Positions 1 to 8,532 of a DNA stretch of 64,000 bases are shown here, piece after piece. The stretch spans positions 192,001 through 256,000 of the forward strand of contig CAWAGQ010000010.1 in NCBI GenBank assembly GCA_963781585.1, written 5' to 3'. Position numbers and translations under genes: made by a program. How positions within the stretch are numbered: the first letter of the stretch is position 1; every line of letters begins with the position of its first letter. The notes below the pieces were generated by a model, which was not told where the DNA came from, did not search any database, and saw only the letters and a list, made by a program, of their open reading frames with translations. Origin of the DNA: an uncultured Gemmatimonadaceae bacterium. Lineage in GTDB: Bacteria > Gemmatimonadota > Gemmatimonadetes > Gemmatimonadales > Gemmatimonadaceae.

Positions 1-765
1 AGACGGGGTTCGCTCGTGCGGTACGCGCTGGGCACGCCGGACGCATTCTATGACGTGGGCGCGCCGAGATTCCGCAGGCTCTTCGACGCGCTGCGGCGCC
101 GCGATTGCGAAATCGGCCTTCACGCGTCCTACTGGGCCTGCCGCGACGCCGACATGCTGCGCGCGGAAAGGGAGCGCATCGAACGAATGGCCGGGGTGGG
201 AGCCATCGGCAATCGGCATCACTACTGGCATCTCGATCCCGACGACCCGAACGAAACCTTGCACCGCCACGAACGCGCGGGCCTGTCGTACGACTCGTCG
301 CTGGGCCTCGAGTTCTATCCGGGTTTCCGGCGCGGCATCTGCCATCCGTTTCGTGTCTTCCACCCCGGTCTGCGCCGCGAACTGAGTGTGGTGCAGGTCC
401 CGCCGGCGTGGATGGACGATCACTTCGATCGACGGCTGACGGTCAATGGCATTGCCGATCCGGAGGCGAGCGCGCGGGCACTTGTGGACGCCGCCCGTGA
501 GACACGCGGCGTGGTCCTTGTGGACTACCATGTGCGGGGCATGAACGGGGAGTTTTTTCCTCGATACGGTCCCTGGCTGCGACGTTTTGCCGAAGCACAT
601 CTCGACTCGTCGCTGCGCTTTCTCACGCCGGCTGAAATCCGGGACGCCTACCTGATGCACGAGCGCAACCTCGCCGACCGCTCCTCGGATCGCACGCAGG
701 CGGAGTGGACTCCGGCCGTCCTGTCTGCGCGAGGTGGCGGGCCCGGCGAGCAGGGCCCGCCATGA
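1..765 (+). CDS. Polysaccharide deacetylase family protein (CE4/NodB-like), probably 5'-truncated by the window edge
   Basis: Frame is open from base 1; motifs EIGLHASY, GNRHHYW, GLSYDSSLG, GFRRGICHPF, WMDDH; stop overlaps the next ATG (ATGA). Confidence 0.8.
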   Translation, partial: RRGSLVRYALGTPDAFYDVGAPRFRRLFDALRRRDCEIGLHASYWACRDADMLRAERERIERMAGVGAIGNRHHYWHLDPDDPNETLHRHERAGLSYDSSLGLEFYPGFRRGICHPFRVFHPGLRRELSVVQVPPAWMDDHFDRRLTVNGIADPEASARALVDAARETRGVVLVDYHVRGMNGEFFPRYGPWLRRFAEAHLDSSLRFLTPAEIRDAYLMHERNLADRSSDRTQAEWTPAVLSARGGGPGEQGPP

Positions 766-1826
766 ACGTCGGTCTGCTGGAACCGGGGGAGGAGACGAAA
801 TGGGAGACGTTTGTCTCCTCGCGTCCCCAGGCTACCGTCTATCATTCGCTCGCGTGGCGCAACGTCACGGTCGAAGGCCTTGGCCACACGCCGAAGTATC
901 TGCGCGCAATGAACCCGGCCGGCGAGATCACCGGCGTGCTCCCGCTCTTCGTGGTGCGCGGCGTGTGGGGACGCCGGTTGGTTTCGGTGCCGATGCGCGA
1001 TCGCGCTGGAGTGCTGGCGGACGACGATCTCAGTACCGGCGCGCTCGTAAGCCGGGCTGTGGCGTTGCGCACCGAGTTACGATGCGACTATCTGGAGCTG
1101 AAGCAGTTCGGCTCGCTGCCGGCCGAAGTCGTTGCGGCTCAGCGACTGCAGCGCGTCGAGCACTGGGTCACGACCCGGATCGACCTGACCGTGGGGCGCG
1201 ATCGCCTGTGGTCGGCGCTCGACCGCGATGCCGTACGATGGGCGATCAACAAGGCGCGTCGCTCCGGTGTGCGCGTGGTCGAAGATGCCAGCCCCGAGGG
1301 GATGGAGCGCTTCTACGAGCTCTTCTCCCGCACGCGTACGCGAATGGGTATCCCACCGTTTCCGCCCGGACTGTTCCGCGCGATTCACCGCCATATCATC
1401 ATGGCCGGGAAGGGAAACCTCGTGCTGGCCACCGTGGGTGACGAGGCCGTGAACGCCATGATCAGTTTCTTCTCCGGAAACAGCTTTCTCCCGGCGTACG
1501 CCGCTCCGCAGCGGTCAGTCGACAAGCGATTCTATCCGAGCGAGAGCGTCTTCTGGCACACGATCGAATGGGCGGTCGCCAACGGTTTCGTCACCTACGA
1601 CTTCGGCGCGGACTCGCCGCGTCAGGAAGGCCTGCTCCGCTTCAAGCGCAAGTGGGGGGGCGTGGCGACGCCCATTGCGAGCTATTTCCAGGTTCGGGAA
1701 GGGAAGCGCATCCCGGAATTCGACAGCAGCAAGGCCAGCTTCGATGCTGCGCGGCGCGTGTGGGCGCGCCTGCCGCTGGGTCTCTCGAAGCGACTGGGCG
1801 CGGTCGTGACGCGGCAGCTGAGTTGA
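762..1826 (+). CDS. FemAB-related GNAT-fold protein (polysaccharide modification)
   Basis: ATG 762 coupled to the upstream TGA; W..FV..PQATVYH...W, GVLPL, YLELK, R.AINKARRSGV, YDFG, GLLRFKRKWG motifs of FemAB-like proteins. Confidence 0.8.
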   Translation: MNVGLLEPGEETKWETFVSSRPQATVYHSLAWRNVTVEGLGHTPKYLRAMNPAGEITGVLPLFVVRGVWGRRLVSVPMRDRAGVLADDDLSTGALVSRAVALRTELRCDYLELKQFGSLPAEVVAAQRLQRVEHWVTTRIDLTVGRDRLWSALDRDAVRWAINKARRSGVRVVEDASPEGMERFYELFSRTRTRMGIPPFPPGLFRAIHRHIIMAGKGNLVLATVGDEAVNAMISFFSGNSFLPAYAAPQRSVDKRFYPSESVFWHTIEWAVANGFVTYDFGADSPRQEGLLRFKRKWGGVATPIASYFQVREGKRIPEFDSSKASFDAARRVWARLPLGLSKRLGAVVTRQLS

Positions 1827-1829
1827 CGG

Positions 1830-2474
1830 GTGGCGCGACGTGCGAGCGTGACTGACACCGCTCCCCTTCGACGCGCCGCGCGATCAGATGCCGGCGCAAT
1901 CTCCCGGATCTACACCGCCGTGTTTGGTGACCAGGGCATATCGCGCCTGGGTGCGGCATTCGCCGAAGAGTATTTCGTGATGCTGCTTTCCGCAGACAAT
2001 GCCCTCGGCGTCGTGGCCGACGACGTCTCCGGCGGGATTGCCGGTTTCGCGATCGGCTTCATGGGCGCGTCAGGCACGCGCTGGACGCACCTGGCTCCAC
2101 ACGCGCTCGGGCTCGCGCGCCGAGCTGTGATCGCCGTGGCGCGCCATCCCTCCATCCTTCGCCACGTCGTGCGGGGCGTTGCCTCGCACACTGCTCCGAT
2201 CGGCACCGATACCGACGCATTCCTCGCCGCCATTGCCGTCTCGCCGGCGGCTCGTGGCCGGGGGATCGGTTCGGCGATGCTCGCGCGATTCATTGCGGTC
2301 TCGCGCGACGCAGGTGCGTTGCGCGTCCTGCTGGAAGCGTCACACCACAGCGATGCCGCGGTCACGATGTATGAGCGAGCGGGGTTCCAGTGGGTTGACC
2401 TGGCCGGGCGATCCACCACCAGGGACGAGAGGGGCACGATGTCGCTGAACCTGCAGCCCGGCGCGGCGCGATGA
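1830..2474 (+). CDS. GNAT family N-acetyltransferase
   Basis: Acetyl-CoA motif A IAVSPAARGRGIG and C-terminal AVTMYERAGF; start uncertain (1830 or 1848). Confidence 0.8.
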   Translation: MARRASVTDTAPLRRAARSDAGAISRIYTAVFGDQGISRLGAAFAEEYFVMLLSADNALGVVADDVSGGIAGFAIGFMGASGTRWTHLAPHALGLARRAVIAVARHPSILRHVVRGVASHTAPIGTDTDAFLAAIAVSPAARGRGIGSAMLARFIAVSRDAGALRVLLEASHHSDAAVTMYERAGFQWVDLAGRSTTRDERGTMSLNLQPGAAR

Positions 2475-4231
2475 CCCTGCTCCCTACATCCCGCGCGGCA
2501 ACGTATCACCAGATGGCGCTCGATGCCGTCCCCCGGCTGCTGGGTACGCTCGACCGCGATCCGTGGTCGCCGACAACGGGCAGCTTCGACCGCGACCACT
2601 GGTCATGGAAGTTCCGCGACTTTCCGTTGACCATGCTGCAGACGGGCATGCTGCCGCTCGCGCACATGTGGGCCTCTGAGCGGCCGGACAATCCGTACCG
2701 GCGGTCTCCCAGGCTGCTGCAGTGGCTGGTGGACGCCATGCGCGAGACGCTGCGTCGCCAGCACCGCAGCGGCGCGTTCGATTCGGTTGCCCCGAACACG
2801 ATGGATCACGGGGTCACGCTGGCCATGGTGTACACGCTGGCCAGCGTTGCGCGATACCTCGATGCGGCGCTGCCGCCCGATCTCGTCAGGCGGCTCGGGC
2901 CGGCCGTGCGCCGGGCCTGCCGGTTTGCGGTGCACTCCGAGGAGGACTACGCCTTCATCAGCAACCACCACGCGCTCTTCGCGCTGGCGTGGCTGCGGGC
3001 CGCCGATCTGCTTGGCGAGCCCGAACTGCTCCAACGCGCCGATGGCGAGATCGCCCAGATCATTGCCCATCAGTCGGCCGACGGATGGTACGCGGAATAC
3101 GGCGGGCCCGATCCGGGATACGAATCGCTAGGCATCTCCTACCTCGCGCAGTACGACGCCGAGAGGCCGGGAGAGCAGCTCCGTTCGTCGCTGCGTCGCG
3201 CCGTGGCCTTTCTCTCCCATTGCGTGCATCCGGATGGGAGTGTCGGCGGACTGTACGGAAGCCGCGGAACGTCGCTCTGGTATCCCGCGGGCATGGAGCG
3301 CCTCGGACAACACGACCCAGTCGCCAGGGCGGTCGCCTGTCACGTGGCGCGTTTCCTCGATCAGTCTCAGGTGGTGACACCAGCGACGAGCGATCCCGAA
3401 AACCTGGCCCTGCTCGTCCTTTCCCATATGGTTGCGGCAGACCTGGTCGAGAGCGCGGGTGCGATGGCGGGCCCCGATGCCGCCGCGCACACCCTGCCGT
3501 GCGCGAACTTCCACGGCGTGCGTATCTTCGAGGGTAGTGGAATCACTGTTGCAGGGACGCAACAGTACTACGCCGTCCTGAATGGGAATCGAGCTGGCAC
3601 GGGCGTGGTCCACGCGCGAGCGACGGCCCGTCTCGTGCATCAGGACAGTGGATACTTCCTCGAGGCCAATGACGGTGTCTGGACCTCTGCCATGCACGTC
3701 GGTACTGTGCGCCCCAAGGACAACGGTGGCCGGACGGTCACGTTCACAGCCCGCTTCGCCCGCGCGAACCGCGCGCAACTGACGCCCGCGCGATTCATTG
3801 TACTGCGTCTGCTCAACCTCACGCTGTTCCGTGTGGGTGCGTTGGGGCGTCTGGTGCGCCGGGCCGTGATCGGGCGTCTTGTGACGAGATGCACGCCGGG
3901 ACCGTATTCATTGGAGCGGGAAGTGCGGTTTGGAGAGGACCGCATCACGTTCGTGGACCGGCTCCGGAACGAGCGGCGGCAGGTGGTTACGCGGCTCTCG
4001 CGAACTGATCGGTCTCTCGCCTTGCATATGGGCTCGGGAAACTACTTTCACATGCGTGACCTCCTGGACACCTCCGGTATGGACCTGCCGGCAACGGCGC
4101 GAGATCTCTCGCGCCGGGGCGAGGTCGCGCACGTGCTGGACCTGACGTTGGCGGCGGACGGCCGGGTGACGCGCGTGGAGCGGGATGAGGCGGATGCGGT
4201 TCCCCCCGCCTCGACGGGCAGCGACGCATGA
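2471..4231 (+). CDS. Hypothetical protein of polysaccharide loci, (alpha/alpha)-toroid / heparinase-like
   Basis: 586-aa ORF coupled by ATGA overlaps at both ends; GSFDRDHW, ISNH, Q.ADGWYAEYGGPDPGY, HPDGSVGGLYGSR motifs. Confidence 0.65.
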   Translation: MTLLPTSRAATYHQMALDAVPRLLGTLDRDPWSPTTGSFDRDHWSWKFRDFPLTMLQTGMLPLAHMWASERPDNPYRRSPRLLQWLVDAMRETLRRQHRSGAFDSVAPNTMDHGVTLAMVYTLASVARYLDAALPPDLVRRLGPAVRRACRFAVHSEEDYAFISNHHALFALAWLRAADLLGEPELLQRADGEIAQIIAHQSADGWYAEYGGPDPGYESLGISYLAQYDAERPGEQLRSSLRRAVAFLSHCVHPDGSVGGLYGSRGTSLWYPAGMERLGQHDPVARAVACHVARFLDQSQVVTPATSDPENLALLVLSHMVAADLVESAGAMAGPDAAAHTLPCANFHGVRIFEGSGITVAGTQQYYAVLNGNRAGTGVVHARATARLVHQDSGYFLEANDGVWTSAMHVGTVRPKDNGGRTVTFTARFARANRAQLTPARFIVLRLLNLTLFRVGALGRLVRRAVIGRLVTRCTPGPYSLEREVRFGEDRITFVDRLRNERRQVVTRLSRTDRSLALHMGSGNYFHMRDLLDTSGMDLPATARDLSRRGEVAHVLDLTLAADGRVTRVERDEADAVPPASTGSDA

Positions 4232-5073
4232 TCTTCGTCATTCTGCCGGCATACAACGAAGAGGCGGCCCTCCTCCCGCTCGCCGAGAAGGTCGACGTGG
4301 TGATGCGGTCGCTTGGTACGCCCTATCGTATCGTCGTGGTGAACGATGGGAGTCGTGATCGCACGGGCGAGATTCTCGCGGAACTCCGCAAGCAGTATCC
4401 CATCGACGTGATCACGCACAAGCTGAATCGGGGACTGGGCGAGACCGCGCGCGACGGATTCGAGTACGTCGCCGAAGTCGGCTCGCCCGACGACATCATC
4501 GTTCGGATGGACTGCGACGACACGCACGATCCGAAATACATTCCGGCAATGGTACAGAAGATCAGGGACGGCTATGAGGTCGTCACGACGTCACGATACG
4601 CACCCGGCGGGGGGCAGGTCGGAGTCGACTGGTACCGCCGCACCATCAGCCGGGTGGCCAACTTGTTGTTCAAGGTCTGCTTCCCGATTTCGGGAGTGTG
4701 GGAGTACACGTGTGGCTTCCGCGCCTATCGAGTGGCGGTGGTCCAGGATGCATTGCAGATCTTCGGCAACAAGTTCATCGATCTCAAGGGTCTCGGATTT
4801 ACCGGGACGCTGGAGAAGATGGTCAAGTTTCGCATGATGGGCGCTCGGATTGCGGAAGTTCCGTTCGTGCTGCGGTACGACCAGAAGCTCAGCTCGAGCA
4901 AAGTGGTTACGAGCGTGACGACGTTGGGCTGCCTGATTCTGATCGTGAAATACGGTCGCACCTGGGGCGCTGAGCAGGAGCGCTGGCAGCGGGAGATCGA
5001 GGCCCGGAAGGCACGGGTCTACAAGGATGGGCGCCTTCCCTCGGGGGTCGTCCAGCCCGCCCCGACCGAGTGA
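4228..5073 (+). CDS. GT2 glycosyltransferase, DPM1-like (polyprenol-phosphate sugar synthase)
   Basis: ILPAYNEE, VVNDGSRD, NRGLG, MDCDDTHDP, TSRYAPGG, TCGFRAYR, IAEVP motifs. Confidence 0.9.
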   Translation: MIFVILPAYNEEAALLPLAEKVDVVMRSLGTPYRIVVVNDGSRDRTGEILAELRKQYPIDVITHKLNRGLGETARDGFEYVAEVGSPDDIIVRMDCDDTHDPKYIPAMVQKIRDGYEVVTTSRYAPGGGQVGVDWYRRTISRVANLLFKVCFPISGVWEYTCGFRAYRVAVVQDALQIFGNKFIDLKGLGFTGTLEKMVKFRMMGARIAEVPFVLRYDQKLSSSKVVTSVTTLGCLILIVKYGRTWGAEQERWQREIEARKARVYKDGRLPSGVVQPAPTE

Positions 5074-5155
5074 CCGAGGTACGTGCGACGCGGGCCGCGC
5101 ATCATCGCGCGGTGCCACGGGCAAAGTCTGCCTGATCCACAGGACGAGATACTTC

Positions 5156-7108
5156 ATGTGCGGCATTGCCGGTATCATCGCGCGCGACCCATCCGCCACC
5201 CCCGACTTGGCGCGGCTGGGCCTGATGCTCGAGTCGCTGGCCCATCGCGGTCCGGACGGGGAAGGGGTGCACGCCGACGGTCCGGCGGCCCTCGGGCACA
5301 AGCGGCTGGCCATCATCGATCTGGAAACCGGTCAGCAGCCGATGTGCAACGAAGACGGGTCGCTGTGGATCGTGCTGAACGGCGAGATCTACAACTACGT
5401 CGAGCTGCGACAGGGCCTCGAGCGCCACCACGAGTTCAGGACCAGGAGCGACACCGAAGTCATCCTCCATCTGTACGAGGAACTGGGTGAGCGCTGCCTC
5501 GATCGCCTCAATGGCATGTTCGCGTTCGCGATCTGGGACGGTCGGCAGCAGCGTCTGTTCGCCGCGCGCGACCGCCTGGGGATCAAGCCGTTGTACTGGA
5601 CGCTCTCGCCGGAGACGCTTGCATTCGCGAGCGAGCCCAAGGCGCTCCTGGCGGCCGGTCTGGCGCAGCCCGAACCCGATCCTCTGGCGCTCGAGGAATA
5701 CCTCACGTTCCAGTTCTGCCTGGGTGAGCGCACGCTGTTCCGGCAGATTCGCAAGCTGGAGCCGGGCCACTACCTCACATTCCGCCCGGGCCGCGATCAC
5801 GACCCGGCCATCGTGCGTTACTGGGCGTTCAACTACGAGCTCGATGTCCATCACACACCGGAGTACTTCCGCGAGACGCTGCGGGATCTGATCGACGATT
5901 CCGTGCGCATTCAGCTGCGGAGCGACGTCCCGGTGGGCGCGCATTGTTCGGGTGGCATCGATTCGTCCACGGTCGTCATGCTGGCGGCGCGGCACTACGG
6001 CGGACGACTGGCGACGTTCACGGGCGGATTCCGCGAAGGACCGCAGTACGACGAGACGGCCTATGCGCGCGCGGTCGCGGAGGCGGCCGGTTCCGAACAC
6101 TTCGAGGTCTGGCCAACGGCGCGCGAATTCACCGATTCGCTGCCGGAGCTCATCTATATGATGGATGAGCCGGCGGCCGGGCCCGGGGTCTTCCCGCAGT
6201 ATCAGGTCTCGCGGCTGGCGGCTCAGCACGTCAAGGTCGCCCTTGGCGGACAGGGGGGGGACGAGTTGTTCGGCGGCTACGCGCGCTACCTCGCGGCCTA
6301 TCTCGAACAGGCGCTGAAGGGCGCGATCGACGGCACCGACGCCGACGCACGATACGTCGTGACCTGGGAGAGCATCGCGCCGAGCCTGCCTCAACTCCAG
6401 CGATACCGTCCCCTCCTTCAGCGGTTCTGGCGTGACGGCCTGTTCGACGAAATGGACCGGCGCTACTTCCGCCTCGTCAGCCGGTTGGAGGACGCCGAGG
6501 CGCTGATGTCGGAGGACGTCTGGGGACCGCGCAGCGGAGAGCGCATCTTCGAGGGCTACTCGCGGATTTTCAACGACCCATCCACCAAGAGCTACTTCAA
6601 CAAGATGACGAACTTCGACCTGCGGACGCTGCTGCCGGCGCTGCTGCACGTCGAGGATCGCACCAGCATGAGCGCGTCACTCGAATCGCGCGTGCCTCTG
6701 CTCGATCATCGTATCGTCGAACTGGTCACACGCATTCCGCCGGCGCTGCGATTTCCCGGAGGCGATTCCAAGCGCATGCTCCGGGAGGCGGTCCAGCAGA
6801 TCATCCCGGAAGTGGTCTTCCGGCGTCGCGACAAGATGGGCTTCCCGGTGCCGCTCACCGAGTGGCTGCGCGGTCCGGCGCGCGACTTCGTGCGCGACAC
6901 GCTGCTGGGCTCACGAGCCCGGACCCGGGGCATCTATCGCATGGACGGCGTGGAGAAGCTCCTGGCCGCGAACGCGCCGTTCGACCGCCAGCTCTGGGGC
7001 GTATTGTGTCTCGAGCTCTGGTTCCAGGCGTTCGTCGACCGCGATCGACTGCTGCCGCGGCCACGGCTCACGCCACCGCTGGTGAAGGCAGCGGCGCCGG
7101 GCGACTGA
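5156..7108 (+). CDS. asnB: Asparagine synthase (glutamine-hydrolysing) family amidotransferase
   Basis: N-terminal MCGIAG, HRGPD, NGEIYNY, RDRLGIKPLY, SGGIDSS, GQGGDELFGGY, SLESRVPLLD, KMGFPVP. Confidence 0.95.
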   Translation: MCGIAGIIARDPSATPDLARLGLMLESLAHRGPDGEGVHADGPAALGHKRLAIIDLETGQQPMCNEDGSLWIVLNGEIYNYVELRQGLERHHEFRTRSDTEVILHLYEELGERCLDRLNGMFAFAIWDGRQQRLFAARDRLGIKPLYWTLSPETLAFASEPKALLAAGLAQPEPDPLALEEYLTFQFCLGERTLFRQIRKLEPGHYLTFRPGRDHDPAIVRYWAFNYELDVHHTPEYFRETLRDLIDDSVRIQLRSDVPVGAHCSGGIDSSTVVMLAARHYGGRLATFTGGFREGPQYDETAYARAVAEAAGSEHFEVWPTAREFTDSLPELIYMMDEPAAGPGVFPQYQVSRLAAQHVKVALGGQGGDELFGGYARYLAAYLEQALKGAIDGTDADARYVVTWESIAPSLPQLQRYRPLLQRFWRDGLFDEMDRRYFRLVSRLEDAEALMSEDVWGPRSGERIFEGYSRIFNDPSTKSYFNKMTNFDLRTLLPALLHVEDRTSMSASLESRVPLLDHRIVELVTRIPPALRFPGGDSKRMLREAVQQIIPEVVFRRRDKMGFPVPLTEWLRGPARDFVRDTLLGSRARTRGIYRMDGVEKLLAANAPFDRQLWGVLCLELWFQAFVDRDRLLPRPRLTPPLVKAAAPGD

Positions 7109-7181
7109 CCACGATGGAATCGCGGGCCGTCGCGCGCGATGCGTCCGCCGGGCGTCCGCGGGTGGACGTCCCACCGTCGCC

Positions 7182-8312
7182 GTGCCTGACGAGCACCAGC
7201 CGGGACGGCGAGCGAACGCCTCGCCCGACCATCACGATGTCCTCGTGAGAGTCGTCTCGATCGTCGGCGCGCGGCCGCAGTTCATAAAGGCCTGGCCGGT
7301 GAGCCGCGCGCTCTCCGCGGCGGGGATCGAGGAGTGGCTCGTGCACTCCGGCCAGCACTACGACCCGAACATGTCGGATGTGTTCTTCGAAGACCTCGGA
7401 CTTGCGCCGCCGGCGCGTCACCTCGGCGTTGGATCCGGAACCCACGCGCAACAGACCAGCCGCATGCTGATCGAGGTGGAGCGGACGTTGCTCGATCTCG
7501 CGCCCGACTGCGTTCTCGTCTACGGCGATACCAATACTACGCTCGCGGGCGCTCTGGCCGCCTGCAAGCTCAACATCAGCGTGGCGCACGTGGAGGCGGG
7601 GCTGCGATCCTTCCGACGGGAGATGCCAGAGGAAGTGAATCGATTGGTGGCGGATCACTGCGCGTCGCTGCTGCTCTGTCCGACCGCCGTGTCAGTGGCG
7701 AACCTCGCGCGGGAGGGAGTGGTGTCGGGGGTCCACCTGGTGGGCGACGTGATGTACGATGCCTGGCTGCATTTCGCGGAACGAGCGCGGTCGCGATCGA
7801 CGATTCTGGAGCGACTTGGAGTCCGGGAAAAGGAGTTCTATCTGGCTACGATTCATCGCGCCCACAGCACGGACGAGCCCGCAACGCTGCGTGCTCTGCT
7901 CGCGGCCCTCGGGAGGCTCGATCTGCCCGTGATCCTTCCCCTGCATCCGCGAACCCGCGCACGCATGGCGCTCGACCCGGAGTCGCCGGTCCATTCGGGT
8001 CAGGTCAGGTTCATCGAACCGGTGGGGTACCTCGACATGCTGCGACTCGAAGAGGCGGCGCGGGTCATACTCACTGACTCCGGGGGCGTGCAGAAGGAGG
8101 CGTATTTCGCGCGCGTACCGTGCGTGACACTGCGCCACGAGACCGAGTGGATCGAGACGGTTGAGATGGGTTGGAACACCCTCGCGGGGGCTGACCCCGA
8201 TACGATCGTGAGCGCGGTCCACCGGGCGGCTGCTCCCGGGCGGGAGGGACCATCGCCATTTGGGGCGGGGGATGCCGCCATCCAGATCGCGCGCGTTCTG
8301 GCGAGCGCCTGA
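7182..8312 (+). CDS. wecB: UDP-N-acetylglucosamine 2-epimerase (non-hydrolysing)
   Basis: VGARPQFIK, HSGQHYD, VYGDTNTT, HVEAGLRS, PEEVNR, TDSGGVQKEA, TEW; start may be GTG 7245. Confidence 0.95.
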   Translation: MPDEHQPGRRANASPDHHDVLVRVVSIVGARPQFIKAWPVSRALSAAGIEEWLVHSGQHYDPNMSDVFFEDLGLAPPARHLGVGSGTHAQQTSRMLIEVERTLLDLAPDCVLVYGDTNTTLAGALAACKLNISVAHVEAGLRSFRREMPEEVNRLVADHCASLLLCPTAVSVANLAREGVVSGVHLVGDVMYDAWLHFAERARSRSTILERLGVREKEFYLATIHRAHSTDEPATLRALLAALGRLDLPVILPLHPRTRARMALDPESPVHSGQVRFIEPVGYLDMLRLEEAARVILTDSGGVQKEAYFARVPCVTLRHETEWIETVEMGWNTLAGADPDTIVSAVHRAAAPGREGPSPFGAGDAAIQIARVLASA

Positions 8313-8532
8313 CCCCGGGAGCGGCTCCGGCCGACCGCGTCAGGGCCTTCCGCCTCCTGCTGATGTGGGAATCCGGTCAGTCGCCCGGCCTCCGGGGAAG
8401 CGCTTTGCCGCCACGGAGTGTCCAATTGGGAACGAACCAGCCCGACGGGAAACACGGGGTGTGCATCGCTCCGTAGTTCAAGGGACACGTTTCGTCCCAG
8501 ACTGGATGTCCGGAACGCGACCACCGGGTTGA

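Noticed and set aside
8420..8530. LytTR binding boxes upstream of the kinase
   Set aside because: CGTTTCGTCC-like words are present, but I could not establish a consistent repeat spacing.
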